Shown here one piece after another: positions 50,560 through 63,420 of a stretch of DNA of 64,000 nt (its first letter is position 1; each line of letters starts with the position of its first letter). Made by a program: the position numbers and the translations under genes. The stretch is from NCBI GenBank assembly GCA_964016885.1, contig OZ024744.1, positions 90,520,001 to 90,584,000 of the forward strand. The letters run 5' to 3'. The notes under the pieces were generated by a model, which worked only from the letters and a program-made list of their open reading frames with translations, did no database searches and was not told where the DNA came from. Source of the stretch: Eledone cirrhosa (taxonomy: Eukaryota).

Positions 50560-51990
50560 AGTTCAGCTTAGCTCTCACACCCTCTGCCCAGGTCTTTCTC
50601 GGTCTACCTCTATTGTTGCTTCCTTCCACTCGGATTTAGTAGCACTTCTTCATCCATGTGTATCACATATCCATACAAATGTAATCTTCTCTCCTGTACA
50701 TCACCTCAGATTCCTCTTAAACCCAGCTTCTTTCTCAGTTCATCCAAGCTCTGCCTTTCTCATATGTACATTGCACATCCAACAAAGCATGATAGCTTCT
50801 TTTCTCTCCAGTCTACGCATGTCCTCTGCAGTCACAGCCCATGTTCCACTACCATGGAGCATCGCACTTTGCACACATGCATCATACAGTCATCCTTTTA
50901 CACATAGGGAGAAAGCTTTTGTTGTCAACAATGGGAGTAACTCTCTAAACTTCTTCCATCATATTCTTATTCTAGGTAGCTCTCTATTATGCTCACAGAG
51001 CACTCTCCTCCACTGCTAAATACATTGCCTAGATAGCAGAAGCTAACAACCACTTCTATGGATCCTTCCTGTGACTTGAAAAGGTTTATATTACTGATTC
51101 TCTTCTTTTTGATTACTCCTGAGCATCTTCTACATACATAGTCTTCTTTTCCTGTTAGTTTACCTGTTATCCCACTACATCTTTTGTGTACCAAAGATTT
51201 ACATTGTGTACACCAAATGGAGTTTTACTCCTTTTCTACAAATTGAACAGGGCCACTTCCCTGAAGGCATCAATGTCTTATCTCATTTCCTACTCATTAG
51301 CACTTTAGTTTTGTCTATGTTTATTCTCAGATCTTTTTTCAAAAACTGTTTCCATAATTGAAACTTATTTTCTAGTTCTTTTATGGATTTTGCTACAAGG
51401 ACCAAATCATCTGCATGAAGAAGTTATCATGGACAGCCAGTTTTAAAATCCTCTGTTATGGCCTGGAGAACTATGATGAATAGCAGTGGGCTAAAACCCG
51501 AACATTGATGAACTCCTACTTGTACTTTGAATTCTTCACTAAACTCACTCCCTACTCTCACTTTACTGACAGCTCCTCTGTACATGGCTTGTACTGCTCT
51601 CACAAGCCATTCTTCTTCACCTAATTTTCTTAAGGACCACCAGATAATAGATTGAGGTACTAGGCCCTTTCTAAATCAACAAAGCTAAATATCGGGGCTT
51701 ATTCTTGGCTAGGAACTTCTCTTGTAGTTGCCTCACTAAAAAAAGGGCATCTGTAGAACTTTTTCCAGGCATGAAATCAAACTGTATCTCATCTAATTTG
51801 AGTCTTACTCTAATTAGCTGCCTTATAACTTTTTCCATCATTTTCATGACTTGGTCCACTAGTTGTATTCCTCTGTAGTTACTCCTTTCTAGAGTGTCAC
51901 CTTTGCCCTTGTAACAATTTATGATTGTGGTGCTGTGCCAGTAATGGGGTTTGACTCTATCCTGTATTTCCTGATTGACTGTGCATGTTA
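50560..51990 (-). pseudogene. RTE LINE (second subfamily) RT and PHD fragment
   Basis: NCYKGKGD, YRGIQL, VHKRCSGITGKL..YVCRRC. Confidence 0.9.
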
Positions 51991-52007
51991 CTATATATAT
52001 ATATATA

Positions 52008-53306
52008 TAAGACCGGATTCCCATGGGAACTCCTATATGCGGATGATCTCGCACTTATAGCTGAATCTATGGTGGAAATAGAGAAGAAATTCCAAACATA
52101 GAAGCAGGGACTAGAAAGAAAGGGTCTCAAAGTCAACCTGACAAAGACTAAGGTTCTTGTAAGTAGACGAGAAAACAGAACCCAGATCCCCTCAGGGAAA
52201 TGGCCTTGCTCAGTATGTAGGAAAGGTGTAGATAGGAACTCCATCCTCTGCCCCAAATGCAAACAATGGGTACACAAGAGATGTAGAGAGATCTCAGGAA
52301 GTTTAACTAAGAATGTAGGCTTCACATGTAGCAGCTGCGCTGGGTCAGCAAGCAGCAAACAGCCACAGGAAACAAGCACCACCAAACTCTGGGAGAGCTC
52401 TGTAAAAACAGTAGACAGCTTCTGCTTCCTAGGTGACCGAATTAACAGCAGAGGTGGGTGTTCGGAAAGTACAATAACTAGGGTAAGAATGGGATGGAAG
52501 AAGTTTAGGGAACTACTACCACTGCTAGCTGCAAAAGGCTTCTCCCTCAGAATGAAAGGCAGACTGTATGATGCAATTTACAAGGAAGTGAAACCTGGGC
52601 ACTGTCTGTAGAAGACTTGCATAGATTAGAAAGAAACGAAGCTTGCATGCTCCGATGGATTTGTAATAGTAATATACGTGAAGGGCAAAGCATAAACGAA
52701 TTGAGAGAGAGACTGAGCATAAGAGGAAAAAAATGCTGAGTGCAGGAGAGGAGGTTACGTTGATATGGACATGTGATGCGTATGAAAGATAACAGCTGCA
52801 TAAAAAGGTGCAGAGCACTAGAAGTCGATGGAAGCCGCTGAGTGAGGAAACCCAAGAAGACCTGGGATGAGGTGATAAAGGCCGACCTTACCCAATTGCA
52901 CCTCTCAAGGGCAATGACACATGACCGTGACCTCTGGCGTCACGCAGTAATACAGAAGACCCGATCCCCCACAGGAACAAGCCAAAGCTGAAACATATAG
53001 ACAATATGCCCCCCCCCCCCCCCCCCCCCCCCCTAACTGCAAAGTGGTCGTGGAGATGCCACGGCAAAAAAGAACCCGGCCCACACTGTAAAGGGAATGT
53101 GTAGGCGTCACGGAAAAAAAGCACCCAGCACTCACTGTAAATAAGGTTGGTGTTAGGAAGGGCATCCAGCTGTAGAAATCAACCCAGAATCAGTTCCTGT
53201 ATGAGCAAGACAAGGTCAGCCGACTGGACACTGCCCACAACAGGATAACCCGTCTAACCCATGCTAGTGTGGAAGAATGGACATAAAACGGTGATGATGA
53301 TGATGA
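52008..53306 (+). pseudogene. 5'-truncated RTE LINE (YADD to tail)
   Basis: PWELLYADD, PHD-type finger, UTR and (TGA)n; (TA)n on both sides. Confidence 0.9.
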
Positions 53307-53324
53307 TATTTATATATATATATA

Positions 53325-55110
53325 GTAACTCGTCGTCAACTGTTACAAGGGCAAAGGAGACACCCTGGATAGAGGAAACTATAGGGGCATTAAATTAGTT
53401 GACCAGGTCATGAAAGTCAGAGAAAGAGTTATTACTCAACTGATTGGAGACCGAATTGATCTAGATGAAATGCAGTTTGGGTTTGTGTCAGGTAAAAGTA
53501 CCACAGATGTTCTTTTCCTTATGTGGCAATTACAGGAGAAGTACCTAGCTAAAAGTAAACCTCTCTACTTAGCTTTTGTTGACTTGGAGAAAGCCTTTTG
53601 ACAGAGTCCTATGCACCTTAATCTGGTGGGCTCTTAGAAAACTAGGAGTAGATGAAGGCTTATGAGAGCTATACAAGCCATGTATAGAGGAACAGTCAGC
53701 AAGGTTAGAATTAACAATGAATATAGTGAAGACTTTAGCGTAATAGTAGGGGTTCACCAGGGCTCCGTCCTTAACCCCCTCCTGTTTATTATTGTCCTAC
53801 AGACTATAACAGAAGGGTTTAAGACTGGCTGCCCATGGGAACTTCTATATGCAGATGATCTAACTCTCGTAGCTGAATCCATGGCTGAACTAGAGAAGCA
53901 GTTCCAAACATAGAAGCATGGCCTAGAATCAAAATGCCTTAGAGTCAACTTGTCTAAGACTAAATTTCTATATATAGAAAGGAGAATAGGGCACAGGTGC
54001 CCTCTGGGAAATGGCCATGCTTAGTGTGTCAGAAAGGAGTAGGTCGAAATTCCTTTTTATGCCTCTAATGCAAACTATGGGTACATAAATGATGTAGTGG
54101 GATCACAGGTAAGCTATCTAAGAATGTAGATTTCATATGTGGCCAATGCTCAGGTGCAGTAAGTAGCAAGGACCCACTGGATGCTATCTCCTTCAACTGC
54201 CCAGATGGTTCTATAGAAATAGTAGACACTTTCCGTTACCCGGGTGACAAAATCAGCAGTGGAGGAGGATGCTCTGAAAGTACAGTAGCCACAGTTAGAA
54301 CCGTATGGAAAAAGTTCAGATAGCTAATACCGCTGTTGGCCACAAAGGCAGATTGTATGATGCTTGTATACAAACAGCGATATTACATGGTAGTGAGACC
54401 TGGGCATTGTGTGCTGAAGACTTGCGTAGATTAGAAAGAAATGAAGCTTGCATGCTCCGATGGATGTATAATAGTAATGTGCTCAAACGGCGAAGCATAA
54501 ATGAATTGAGAGAGAGACTAAGCATAATGTTGTGCTCTGGAGAGGAGATTGCTTTGGTATGGCCATGTGATGCGTATGAAGGACAACAACTGTATAAAAA
54601 AGTGCAGGGCAATGAAAATTGATGGAAGCTACAGAGTGGGTAGACCAAGAAAAACCTGGGATGAGGTGATAAAAACTGACCTTGCTCACTTACACCTCTC
54701 TAAGACAATGTCATTGGATCGAGATGTTTGGCACCATGCAGTTGTACAGAAGACCAGCCTTCCCTTACATACAAACCTACAGTCAGTAGGCACCTCTTAA
54801 CCCAATATACACCCTACCACCTCACCCTAAACCATCCTCCCATTTCCATCCACTATGTCTGTGACACAACAAAAAGCACCCAGTCCATTCTGTAAAGTGG
54901 TCATGTAGCAGACACGGTAAAAAGTCTCCCAGTTCCCCACACTGTAAAAGTGGTTGGTGTTAGGAAGGGCATCCAGCCGTAGAAAACCTGCCAGTGACAT
55001 TTCCGTACTAGTGAGAACGGTCTCCCGACCATTCCCACATCAAACGGAACAAAACCATCTACCCCATGCTAGCGTGGAAGATGGACGTTAAACGATGATG
55101 ATGATGATGA
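53325..55110 (+). pseudogene. 5'-truncated RTE LINE (RT to tail)
   Basis: NCYKGKGD...QGSVLNPLLF...YADD with stops and frameshifts; (TGA)n tail. Confidence 0.9.
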
Positions 55111-55738
55111 CATGATGTATTGGCATTATGCAGTAACACAGGAAACCTGCTTTGCCATGCGCACAGGGTGAAGCATACATCTAGTATGCACCACCTTCCC
55201 CTCCATCTCCCCTTCCATACACCTACGCTCTAACACCCCACACACATCCTAACACCCTGCACACATCCTAACACCCCCACCGATGCCCTAACACCACACC
55301 CCTCACTCAAATCCCTAAATCTACCTCCCCAATCCACATGCATCCCCTCACTCAAGTCACCTGCCCACATTGTAAAGTGGTCATTTTCGTGCCACAAAAA
55401 AAAAAGAGCCCAGACCACACTCTAAAGTGGTCATGTTGGTGTTATGACAAAAAGCACGCAACCCACATTTAAAGCGGTCATGTATGTGTCAACAAAAAGT
55501 GCCCAGCCCACACTGTAAAATGGTCATGTTGGTGACACAACAATAAGCACCCTGTACACACTGTAAATGTGATTGACCTTAGGAAGGGCATCCAACTATA
55601 TGAAACCAAACCAGAATTAGTTTTGTATGAGCAAGACACGATCATTTAACCTGGCTTGTCTCATAACAGGACAACTCGACCAATCCATGCTAGCGTGGAA
55701 AATTGGACGTTAAACAAGTGGTGATAATGATGATTATG

Positions 55739-55770
<32 letters not shown>

Positions 55771-55923
55771 ATACTTTGGGAGGGTCATGCTGCCAATAAG
55801 AAACACACGCACCAGTTGCTTTCACTTCAATTTAATTTAATATATATTTATAAATTTACAAATTTATAAATTTCTGGTTGGTTGGTTGGTTCCACAACCA
55901 GATAGTTGTTTATATATATATAT

Positions 55924-55968
55924 AGTCATAGTTCTTTCGTCACACACTCTGTGACCTCTTCAGTGACT
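55924..55968 (-). ncRNA. Minimal type I hammerhead ribozyme (inverted pLTR copy)
   Basis: Reverse complement of 57605-57649. Confidence 0.75.
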
Positions 55969-56107
55969 GGGGATTTCTTTCTTCGTTTCTGTGCCTTTCC
56001 TTTCTTCTATCCTACGCCATTTTGTTTGTGTGTGGGTTGCGTGCTCAGTTTGCGCATGCGCCACATCCGGGTGTCTGTGTGTGTTTGTGTTCATTTTTCT
56101 ATTTTTT

Positions 56108-57307
56108 AAAACTCAAAAACTTAAAGAACAATTAGAAGACAGCTTAACCCTGATAATGTACTCCCGCTACGTAGATGATATAAACATCGTAGTTAAGACA
56201 CCCCCACTAAAGAACAGTCAGGAACCAGAGAAAAACACAATGGAAAGCATCCAGCAAATAGCAAACTCCATCCACCAGAGCATTAGAGTTACTATAGACT
56301 ACCCAAGTAGACACCCCAACCATCGATTACCTGTACTAGACACAGAGCTCTGGTTAGATACTATTAACAACCAAAAACAAATCCTCCATTCCCATTATGC
56401 CAAACCCATGACTTCCAAACATCTGATCCACCGAAACTCGGCCATTTCGGACCATACCAAAATCAACATACTGATTGCGGATTTGATACGGGTGATGAGA
56501 AATGTGTCCCGCATGTGCAACCCCGAAGAACTAGAGAGACACATACAACACTTCATCCACCGTATGCAGTTCTCTGGCTACAATCAGAGAGATAGAATCA
56601 GAGTGTATAGAGGAGCCAGAACCAAATGGGAAAAAATGGTAAATAATGACATAAATGGGACCTGCCCCTTGTATAGGAGCAAATTTTGGAATAGAATAGA
56701 AAGAACTAAGAACAAGGCCAATAGAATAAACTCATGGTATGATAGCAATAAATACCAGAGTGTAATGTTCATCAATACAACCCCTAGAGGCGAACTAGCC
56801 TACAAATTTAGAAGGGCTAGAAGGGCTCTAAAGAAACATAATCTCAATATTAAGATAGTAGAAAGACCTGGTACCTCCGTAAAAACACTTATTAGCAAGA
56901 CATACCCGCTCCAAAGACCCTCATGTATAGATAAGAAATGTATAACCTGTAAAATAAGCCCCCATATTAACTGTAAAACTAGAAATGTAGTATATAGCAT
57001 AAGATGTACTGAAGGACAATGTAGAAACAAAAATATAGTGTACATAGGTGAGACAGCTCGTAGTATAGGGGAACGAATAAATGAACACTGGCGAGACCTC
57101 CAAGATAGTAAAGAATCATCTGTGCTCTACCAACATGCTAAGATAGAACACAGGGGTAAATTAGAGAGCATAGAAATAAAAATAGAATCCACACACAAGA
57201 AAGACGCAATGTTTAGGCAAATTACAGAGGCAGTAAGCATAAAAGAATTAAAACCAAAATTAAATAGAAAATATGAGTGGAACAGCAACATCACAACTTA
57301 CAATTAA
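56108..57307 (+). CDS. Penelope-like RT C-terminal part, Cys-rich linker and GIY-YIG endonuclease
   Basis: YSRYVDD, LPVLD, HYAKP, MQFSGY, CIDKKCITC..NCKTRNVVYSIRC...VYIGETARSIGERINEH...H...H...E...LN. The first ~39 aa of listed ORF 55991 come from the inverted pLTR. Confidence 0.92.
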   Translation, partial: KTQKLKEQLEDSLTLIMYSRYVDDINIVVKTPPLKNSQEPEKNTMESIQQIANSIHQSIRVTIDYPSRHPNHRLPVLDTELWLDTINNQKQILHSHYAKPMTSKHLIHRNSAISDHTKINILIADLIRVMRNVSRMCNPEELERHIQHFIHRMQFSGYNQRDRIRVYRGARTKWEKMVNNDINGTCPLYRSKFWNRIERTKNKANRINSWYDSNKYQSVMFINTTPRGELAYKFRRARRALKKHNLNIKIVERPGTSVKTLISKTYPLQRPSCIDKKCITCKISPHINCKTRNVVYSIRCTEGQCRNKNIVYIGETARSIGERINEHWRDLQDSKESSVLYQHAKIEHRGKLESIEIKIESTHKKDAMFRQITEAVSIKELKPKLNRKYEWNSNITTYN

Positions 57308-57604
57308 GGACAAAATGAAAACACACACACACATAGAACAAACAACTTACAATTGAAAACACACACAAAATGAAAACACACACAAGACAAAATGAAAACA
57401 CACACACACATAGAACAAACAACCAACCAACAATAAATAAATAAATAAACAAACAAATATAAATAGAAAAATAGAAAAATGAACACAAACACACACAGAC
57501 ACCCGGATGTGGCGCATGCGCAAACTGAGCACGCAACCCACACACAAACAAAATGGCGTAGGATAGAAGAAAGGAAAGGCACAGAAACGAAGAAAGAAAT
57601 CCCC

Positions 57605-57649
57605 AGTCACTGAAGAGGTCACAGAGTGTGTGACGAAAGAACTATGACT
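57605..57649 (+). ncRNA. Minimal type I hammerhead ribozyme
   Basis: AGUCA-CUGAAGA-g-GUCACA-gagug-UGUGAC-GAAA-G-aa-C-UA-UGACU: stem I 5 bp, stem II 6 bp, intact core, very short stem III. Confidence 0.8.
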
Positions 57650-57864
57650 ATATATATATATAAACAACTATCTGGTTGTGGAACCAACCAACCAACCAGA
57701 AATTTATAAATTTGTAAATTTATAAATATATATTAAATTAAATTGAAGTGAAAGCAACTGGTGCGTGTGTTTCTTATTGGCAGCATGACCCTCCCAAAGT
57801 ATAACAATATCGGTTTCAACACACGATTTCAGATAAAGAATCTTGCTAAACAAATTCAGAAACG

Positions 57865-57906
<42 letters not shown>

Positions 57907-58807
57907 TGTACCCCTGGCATTCGCTGTCCCGACGCTCACTGTCCTGTTTATTCGAAGAATATTCCTTAGAACCTAACTAATAATTATCTGTGGAAACTAC
58001 TGTATAGTCGTGGAATCGTAAATATCTGCGGCGATTTTTTAATGTCTTTCTTTTGTAGAAAAAATTTTTTTTTTTAACGCTAAATTATTAATAACAATAT
58101 ATACCATATTTGCAGGCCTATTAGACATTCGCATAAGACGCTACCACTTTAAAAAAAATTATATTTTACTTTATGCTTTAAAGGCATTTTTATGAACCAA
58201 GTCCAATATTCGCGGATATATATATATAATTATTATTATTAGGTTAACGTAACCTATTTAATAATATATACTGAAGTTTTATTTGTATAACATAAATATT
58301 TGCCATTTTAAACTAAGCATACCATTCCATTTACCCTTCCCTATAATGACCTTAATATGTAGTACTTATATATAGTAACATATAGTAACATATAGTAATA
58401 TAGTAACCCAGTACAACCTCATACTGTTGGGTCTTCAGCAACTAAACCAGCAACCCCACTGAGTTTGCTTGCTGAGGAGAATGATTTGGGACAACCTGCA
58501 GGATGAAAAAATAAAACGTAATAAAGAGGAACTCATTTGAGTCAATGGCCATCCAATAGTGTATACATATGTATATATTGTATGGGTGTTTAGAGTGTTC
58601 AGAGCTGTAGTAGATTTCATTGGTCGGTACTGAATGGTTTTTTGTGTCCCAGTGTGTCCTTGTGTCTGTTTGTTCAACATGCCATTCAATGAACTGATGA
58701 TATGCAATATATCAGACATGCCAACCTCTAAAATCCCAAACGGGTAGTACCATGAAAAAAAGTTCACCAAAACAGTGAGCAATGAGGTAAAATGTGGAGA
58801 TTTTACA

Positions 58808-60045
58808 TAATTGTTTCTACTTTAGGCACAAGGCCAGCAATTACTCAGTGCATTACTGGTATTTTATTTTATCGACCCCGTAAGGATGAAAGGCAAAGTC
58901 AACCTTGGAGGGATTTGAACTCAGATCGTAAAGGGATGTAACTATGCAACTATGCTAGAAAGCATGGCGTCCGACCCTCTACCGATACTGCCAATCCAAT
59001 GAAAGCTAAACACATTTTCACAAATTGGATGGGAGATCTCCTCGTCGGATGGGGAGAGTTGATAGGTCTGAATACATGCTTATTCAAGCTGAGCACCTAG
59101 CTTCTCCTAGTTCAAAGACCGACCTGTGTGGTGAAAAGCAACATCCTACACAATGTGGCGCTGATATGGGTATCATAAGATAGTCTAGCAGAACTAGAGG
59201 AGAAAGCCTCAATAAAAATCCTACTTATCTCAGAGTAAGCAGTATCTCATATGACGGTCATCAGTTTAATCAGATGACCTCAGCATCATGAATAAAAATA
59301 CTGCTTATCTCATAGAAATCAGTAGCTCATGCAATAATCATCAGTTTAATTAGATAACACCAATGGCTTTGACTACTAATTTGACAATGGGTTGGCACTA
59401 CTTCTCCAGTTAGTAGAGAAATCTATGAATATGGAGGTGTAGCGAGTCACATATATTCTAGCCATTGGAAAAAGCAAAATGAATGCTTCTTCGAAAGAGG
59501 GATTACTCAAGAAGAAGTAGAAGACTTTTATATAATAATAATTATTAAGGCAAAGTTAACCTTTCATCTCTACAGGGTCGATAAAATAAAGCACCAGTAA
59601 TGCACTGAGGTAATTGCTGGCCTTTTGCCAAAAATAGAAACATTTCTATTATTATTGTGGATTGGCAGTTTCGGTAGAGGGTTGGACGCCATGCTTTCAT
59701 GCATAGAGTTACGGCCCTTGCCATTCTGAGTTCAAATCCCGCCGAGGTTAACTTTGCCTTTCATCCTTACAGGGTCGATAAAATAAAGTACCAGTAATGC
59801 ACTGTGTAATTGCTGGCCTTGTGCCAAAAAGTAGAAACAATTATTATTATTAAAGAATTATTAATATAAAAAAAAGAATTAATAATTGTTTCTACTTTTG
59901 GCACAAGGCCAGCAATTATCTCAGTACATTACTGGTGCTTTGTTTTTCCGACCCTGTTAGGATGAAAGGTAAAGTTAATGTCGGCGGGATTTGAACTCAG
60001 ATCAAAACATGGTGTCTGACCCTCTACCAATACTGCCAATCCACC
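58808..60045. mobile_element. SINE A copies: 58808-58998 (-), 59548-59645 (+, partial), 59657-59845 (+), 59884-60045 (-)
   Basis: Direct matches to family A. Confidence 0.85.
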
Positions 60046-60050
60046 AATCA

Positions 60051-60583
60051 TCTATATACTACTAAAACTCTGTGATTGCTTGCTTGTCTATCTATATACT
60101 ACTAAAACTCTGTGATTGCTTGCTTGTCTATCAATATACTACTAAAACTCTGTGATTGCTTGCTTGTCTATCTATATACTACTAAAACTCTGTGATTGCT
60201 TGCTTGCTTGTCTGTAATGTAATACAGACAAAATGGTTCATAATGGGAAAATACTTTGAAAGGAAGTTGAGCCTGAAATGGGAATATAAATGGAATAAAA
60301 CAAGTTTCACATAAATCGAAGCATGGGTTCCCGAGATATGGGGTTTTCTGGGTACCTTCATAAACACAGAGAGAGAAGGATGGACAGAAAGAGATTGTGG
60401 TTGTGATAGAGTAGATTGAAAGAGAGACATAGAGAGAGAGAGAGAGGAGTCAGAGAAGGAGAATTGAAGAGAGAGAGAGAGAGGGAGAGAGAGAGAGCTG
60501 GCGGTGTTGTTGTGTATATATATGTGTGTGTGTGTGTCTATGACCAGTGTATATAGATCACAGACACCCTCATATATATATAT

Positions 60584-60626
<43 letters not shown>

Positions 60627-61257
60627 ATATGTATGCTAACACACATATTTATATATATACATACACACATACACGTATATATGTAGCGAAATCTGTTCAT
60701 GTCTTGAACCCTGGGTGACACCTAAAAGTAAAATTCTAGGTCACCATCCTTTTCAGCGTGGACAGGTTCATGTGTGGGCGATCCCTCGAGGTGGGAGACA
60801 GAAAGCGACAGGTATATAAAGCCTGTATCATCCCACGTCTAACACACCACAGAGAGATCGGAGCATTACTCTATAGAATAGCTATGTGAAAGATTCACCA
60901 CTACCTACAGGTTGCTGAGGTCTACAGACAACCACATACCATTAATCTCTCTCTCTCTCTTCTGGTCTCAGACTACACCAGCCTCATGAACCAACAACAA
61001 AATAACATCGTCAACCTTTGCGACTTGTGGTAACTTGTTTGTTGTTATTTTTGACTGAAGTGAAGTAAACCTTTTCATATATAAAGTAAATCAGCTATTC
61101 TTGTTATTTCATCTAACAACCACTACTAATACCCTTTGTTACATATATATGTGGGCTTTTCAGTTTCATTTCACATTATATACATGTCTGTATATATTTT
61201 AATTATTTAAAAATTATTTCTAAGTGAACGTGACCCAACGGGTCAGGGGTGATCTAG
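60051..61257 (+). mobile_element. Non-autonomous Helitron, copy 1 (5' 40-bp unit repeated about four times)
   Basis: A|TC start, tgaccc-aac-gggtca hairpin at 61231-61245, then CTAG. Confidence 0.85.
60682..61143 (+). mobile_element. Solo LTR (462 bp) inserted in Helitron copy 1
   Basis: TGTAGCGAA...TTTGTTACA ends, TATA on both sides, tatataaag at ~60813; absent from the homologous site in copy 2 (~63430-63445). Confidence 0.8.
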
Positions 61258-61369
61258 TATAATACTAAAAGTCTGTGATTGTTTGCTTGCTTGCATGTCT
61301 GTAATGTAATACAGCCAAAAAGGCGCATAATGGGAAATTGCCATAATGGGAAATTGCCAAAAAGGCGCA

Positions 61370-62290
61370 TGAAAGGAAATTGCCCCTGAAATGGGAATAC
61401 AAATGGGAAAATACTTTGAAAGGAAATTGCCCCTGAAATGGAAATACAAATGGGAAAATACTTTGAAAGGAAGTTGCCCCTGAAATGGGAATACAAATGG
61501 GAAAATACTTTGAAAGGAAGTTGCCCCTGAAATGGGAATACAAATGGGATAATACTTTGAAAGGAAATTGCCCCTGAAATGGGAATACAAATGGGAAAAT
61601 ACTTTGAAAGGAAATTGCCCCTGAAATGGGAATACAAATGGGAAAATACTTTGAAAGGAAGTTGCCCCTGAAATGGGAATACAAATGGGAAAATACTTTG
61701 AAAGGAAGTTGCCCCTGAAATGGGAATACAAATGGGATAATACTTTGAAAGGAAATTGCCCCTGAAATGGGAATACAAATGGGAAAATACTTTGAAAGGA
61801 AATTGCCCCTGAAATGGGAATACAAATGGGAAAATACTTTGAAAGGAAGTTGCCCCTGAAATGGGAATACAAATGGGAAAATACTTTGAAAGGAAGTTGC
61901 CCCTGAAATGGGAATACAAATGGGAAAATACTTTGAAAGGAAGTTGCCCCTGAAATGGGAAAATACTTTGAAAGGAAATTGCCCCTGAAATGGGAATACA
62001 AATGGGAAAATACTTTGAAAGGAAGTTGCCCCTGAAATGAGAATACAAATGGGAAAATACTTTGAAAGGAAATTGCCCCTGAAATGGGAATACAAATGGG
62101 AAAATACTTTGAAAGGAAATTGCCCCTGAAATGGGAATACAAATGGGAAAATACTTTGAAAGGAAGTTGCCCCTGAAATTGGAACAAAAATGGGAAAATA
62201 CTTTGAAAGGAAATTGCCCCTGAAATGAAAATACAAATGGGAAAATACTTTGAAAGGAAGTTGCTCCTGAAATGGGAATACAAATGGAAT
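61370..62290. repeat. 47-bp tandem array (~19-20 units) inside Helitron copy 2
   Basis: Unit gaaaggaaattgcccctgaaatgggaatacaaatgggaaaatacttt; about one unit in copy 1 (~60243-60290). Confidence 0.95.
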
Positions 62291-63046
62291 AAAACAAGTT
62301 TTGCATAAATCGGACCATGGGTTCCTGAGATATGGGGTTTTCCCAGGTACCTTCAGAAACAGAGAGAGAGAAACATAGGGAAAAAGAAGATTGAGAGAGA
62401 GAGAGAGTGAGAGAGAGGAGAGACAGAGGAGGAGAATGCAAGAGAGCTGGTGGTGGTGTTGTGTATATATATATATATGTGAGTGTGTGTCTATGACCAG
62501 TGTATATAGATTGGACACCCACATACATATATATATATGTATACACACACATTTATATATATATATACACACACGTATATATATATGTATACACATACAC
62601 ATTTATATATATACATACACACACGTAAATATATATATATACACACACACATTTTTATATATACATACACACACATATATATGGCATTTGTGTATTATTC
62701 TATGTACTATATTGACGAGTTGTAGTGCACCTGAGCACTTTACACAATAATTTCATTATTATTATTATTATTATATGTATACACACACACACATTTATAT
62801 ATATACATACACACACGTATATATATGTATACACACACATTTATATATATACATACACACACGTATATATATGTATACACACACACACATTTATATATAT
62901 ACATACACACACATAGAAATATGTATACACACACACACACATTTATATATATACATACACACACGTATATATATGTATACACACATTTATATATATAAAT
63001 GTTTATAAACTTTGTTTACAGTAAGCACAAAGCCTGCCTCTTTACT

Positions 63047-63078
<32 letters not shown>

Positions 63079-63079
<1 letters not shown>

Positions 63080-63420
63080 GGAGACACATGGCTTAGTGGT
63101 TAGAGCATTGGCCTTGCAATCGAAAGGTTGTGAGTTCAATTCTCAGACCGGGTGATGTGTTGTTTCCTTGAGCAAGACACTTTATTTCACATCGCTCCAG
63201 TTTATTCAGCTGTAGAAATGAGATGACAGGGACTGGGGTCCCTATCATTCCACTGTAAAGTGGTCGTGGAGGTGCCATGGCAAAAAAGCACCCAGCACTC
63301 ACTGTAAATGAGGTTGGTGTTAGGAAGGGCATCCAGCTGTAGAAATCAAGCCAGAATCAGTTCCCGTCCCACCCTTGCAAGCAGGGAAAAGGGGACGTAA
63401 AATGATGATGATGATAATGA
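63079..63420 (+). mobile_element. SINE family B inside Helitron copy 2
   Basis: Full-length match to family B. Confidence 0.9.

Larger units (their letters stand above)
55763..57867 (+). mobile_element. Penelope-like retroelement, 5'-truncated, with inverted pseudo-LTRs
   Basis: 344-bp inverted repeat 55763-56106 / 57467-57810 around an RT-GIY-YIG frame; the right copy has a ~57-nt extension; (TA)n on both sides. Confidence 0.93.

Noticed and set aside
55991-56107. Hydrophobic, Cys-rich N-terminus of the 438-aa ORF (signal or TM-like)
   Set aside because: It is the antisense reading of the inverted pLTR fused by chance in frame; the same peptide appears in ORF 57304..57582 (-).
55763-57810. 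DNA transposon with long TIRs
   Set aside because: The enclosed protein is RT plus GIY-YIG rather than a transposase, and the right repeat has an unpaired extension typical of Penelope pLTRs.
57904-58220. Tigger-like terminus cagtgtacccctggcattcgc
   Set aside because: No matching right TIR found, so element boundaries cannot be supported.
61243-62602. Three long overlapping minus-strand ORFs (346-445 aa)
   Set aside because: Produced by a stop-free 47-bp tandem repeat read in all frames.
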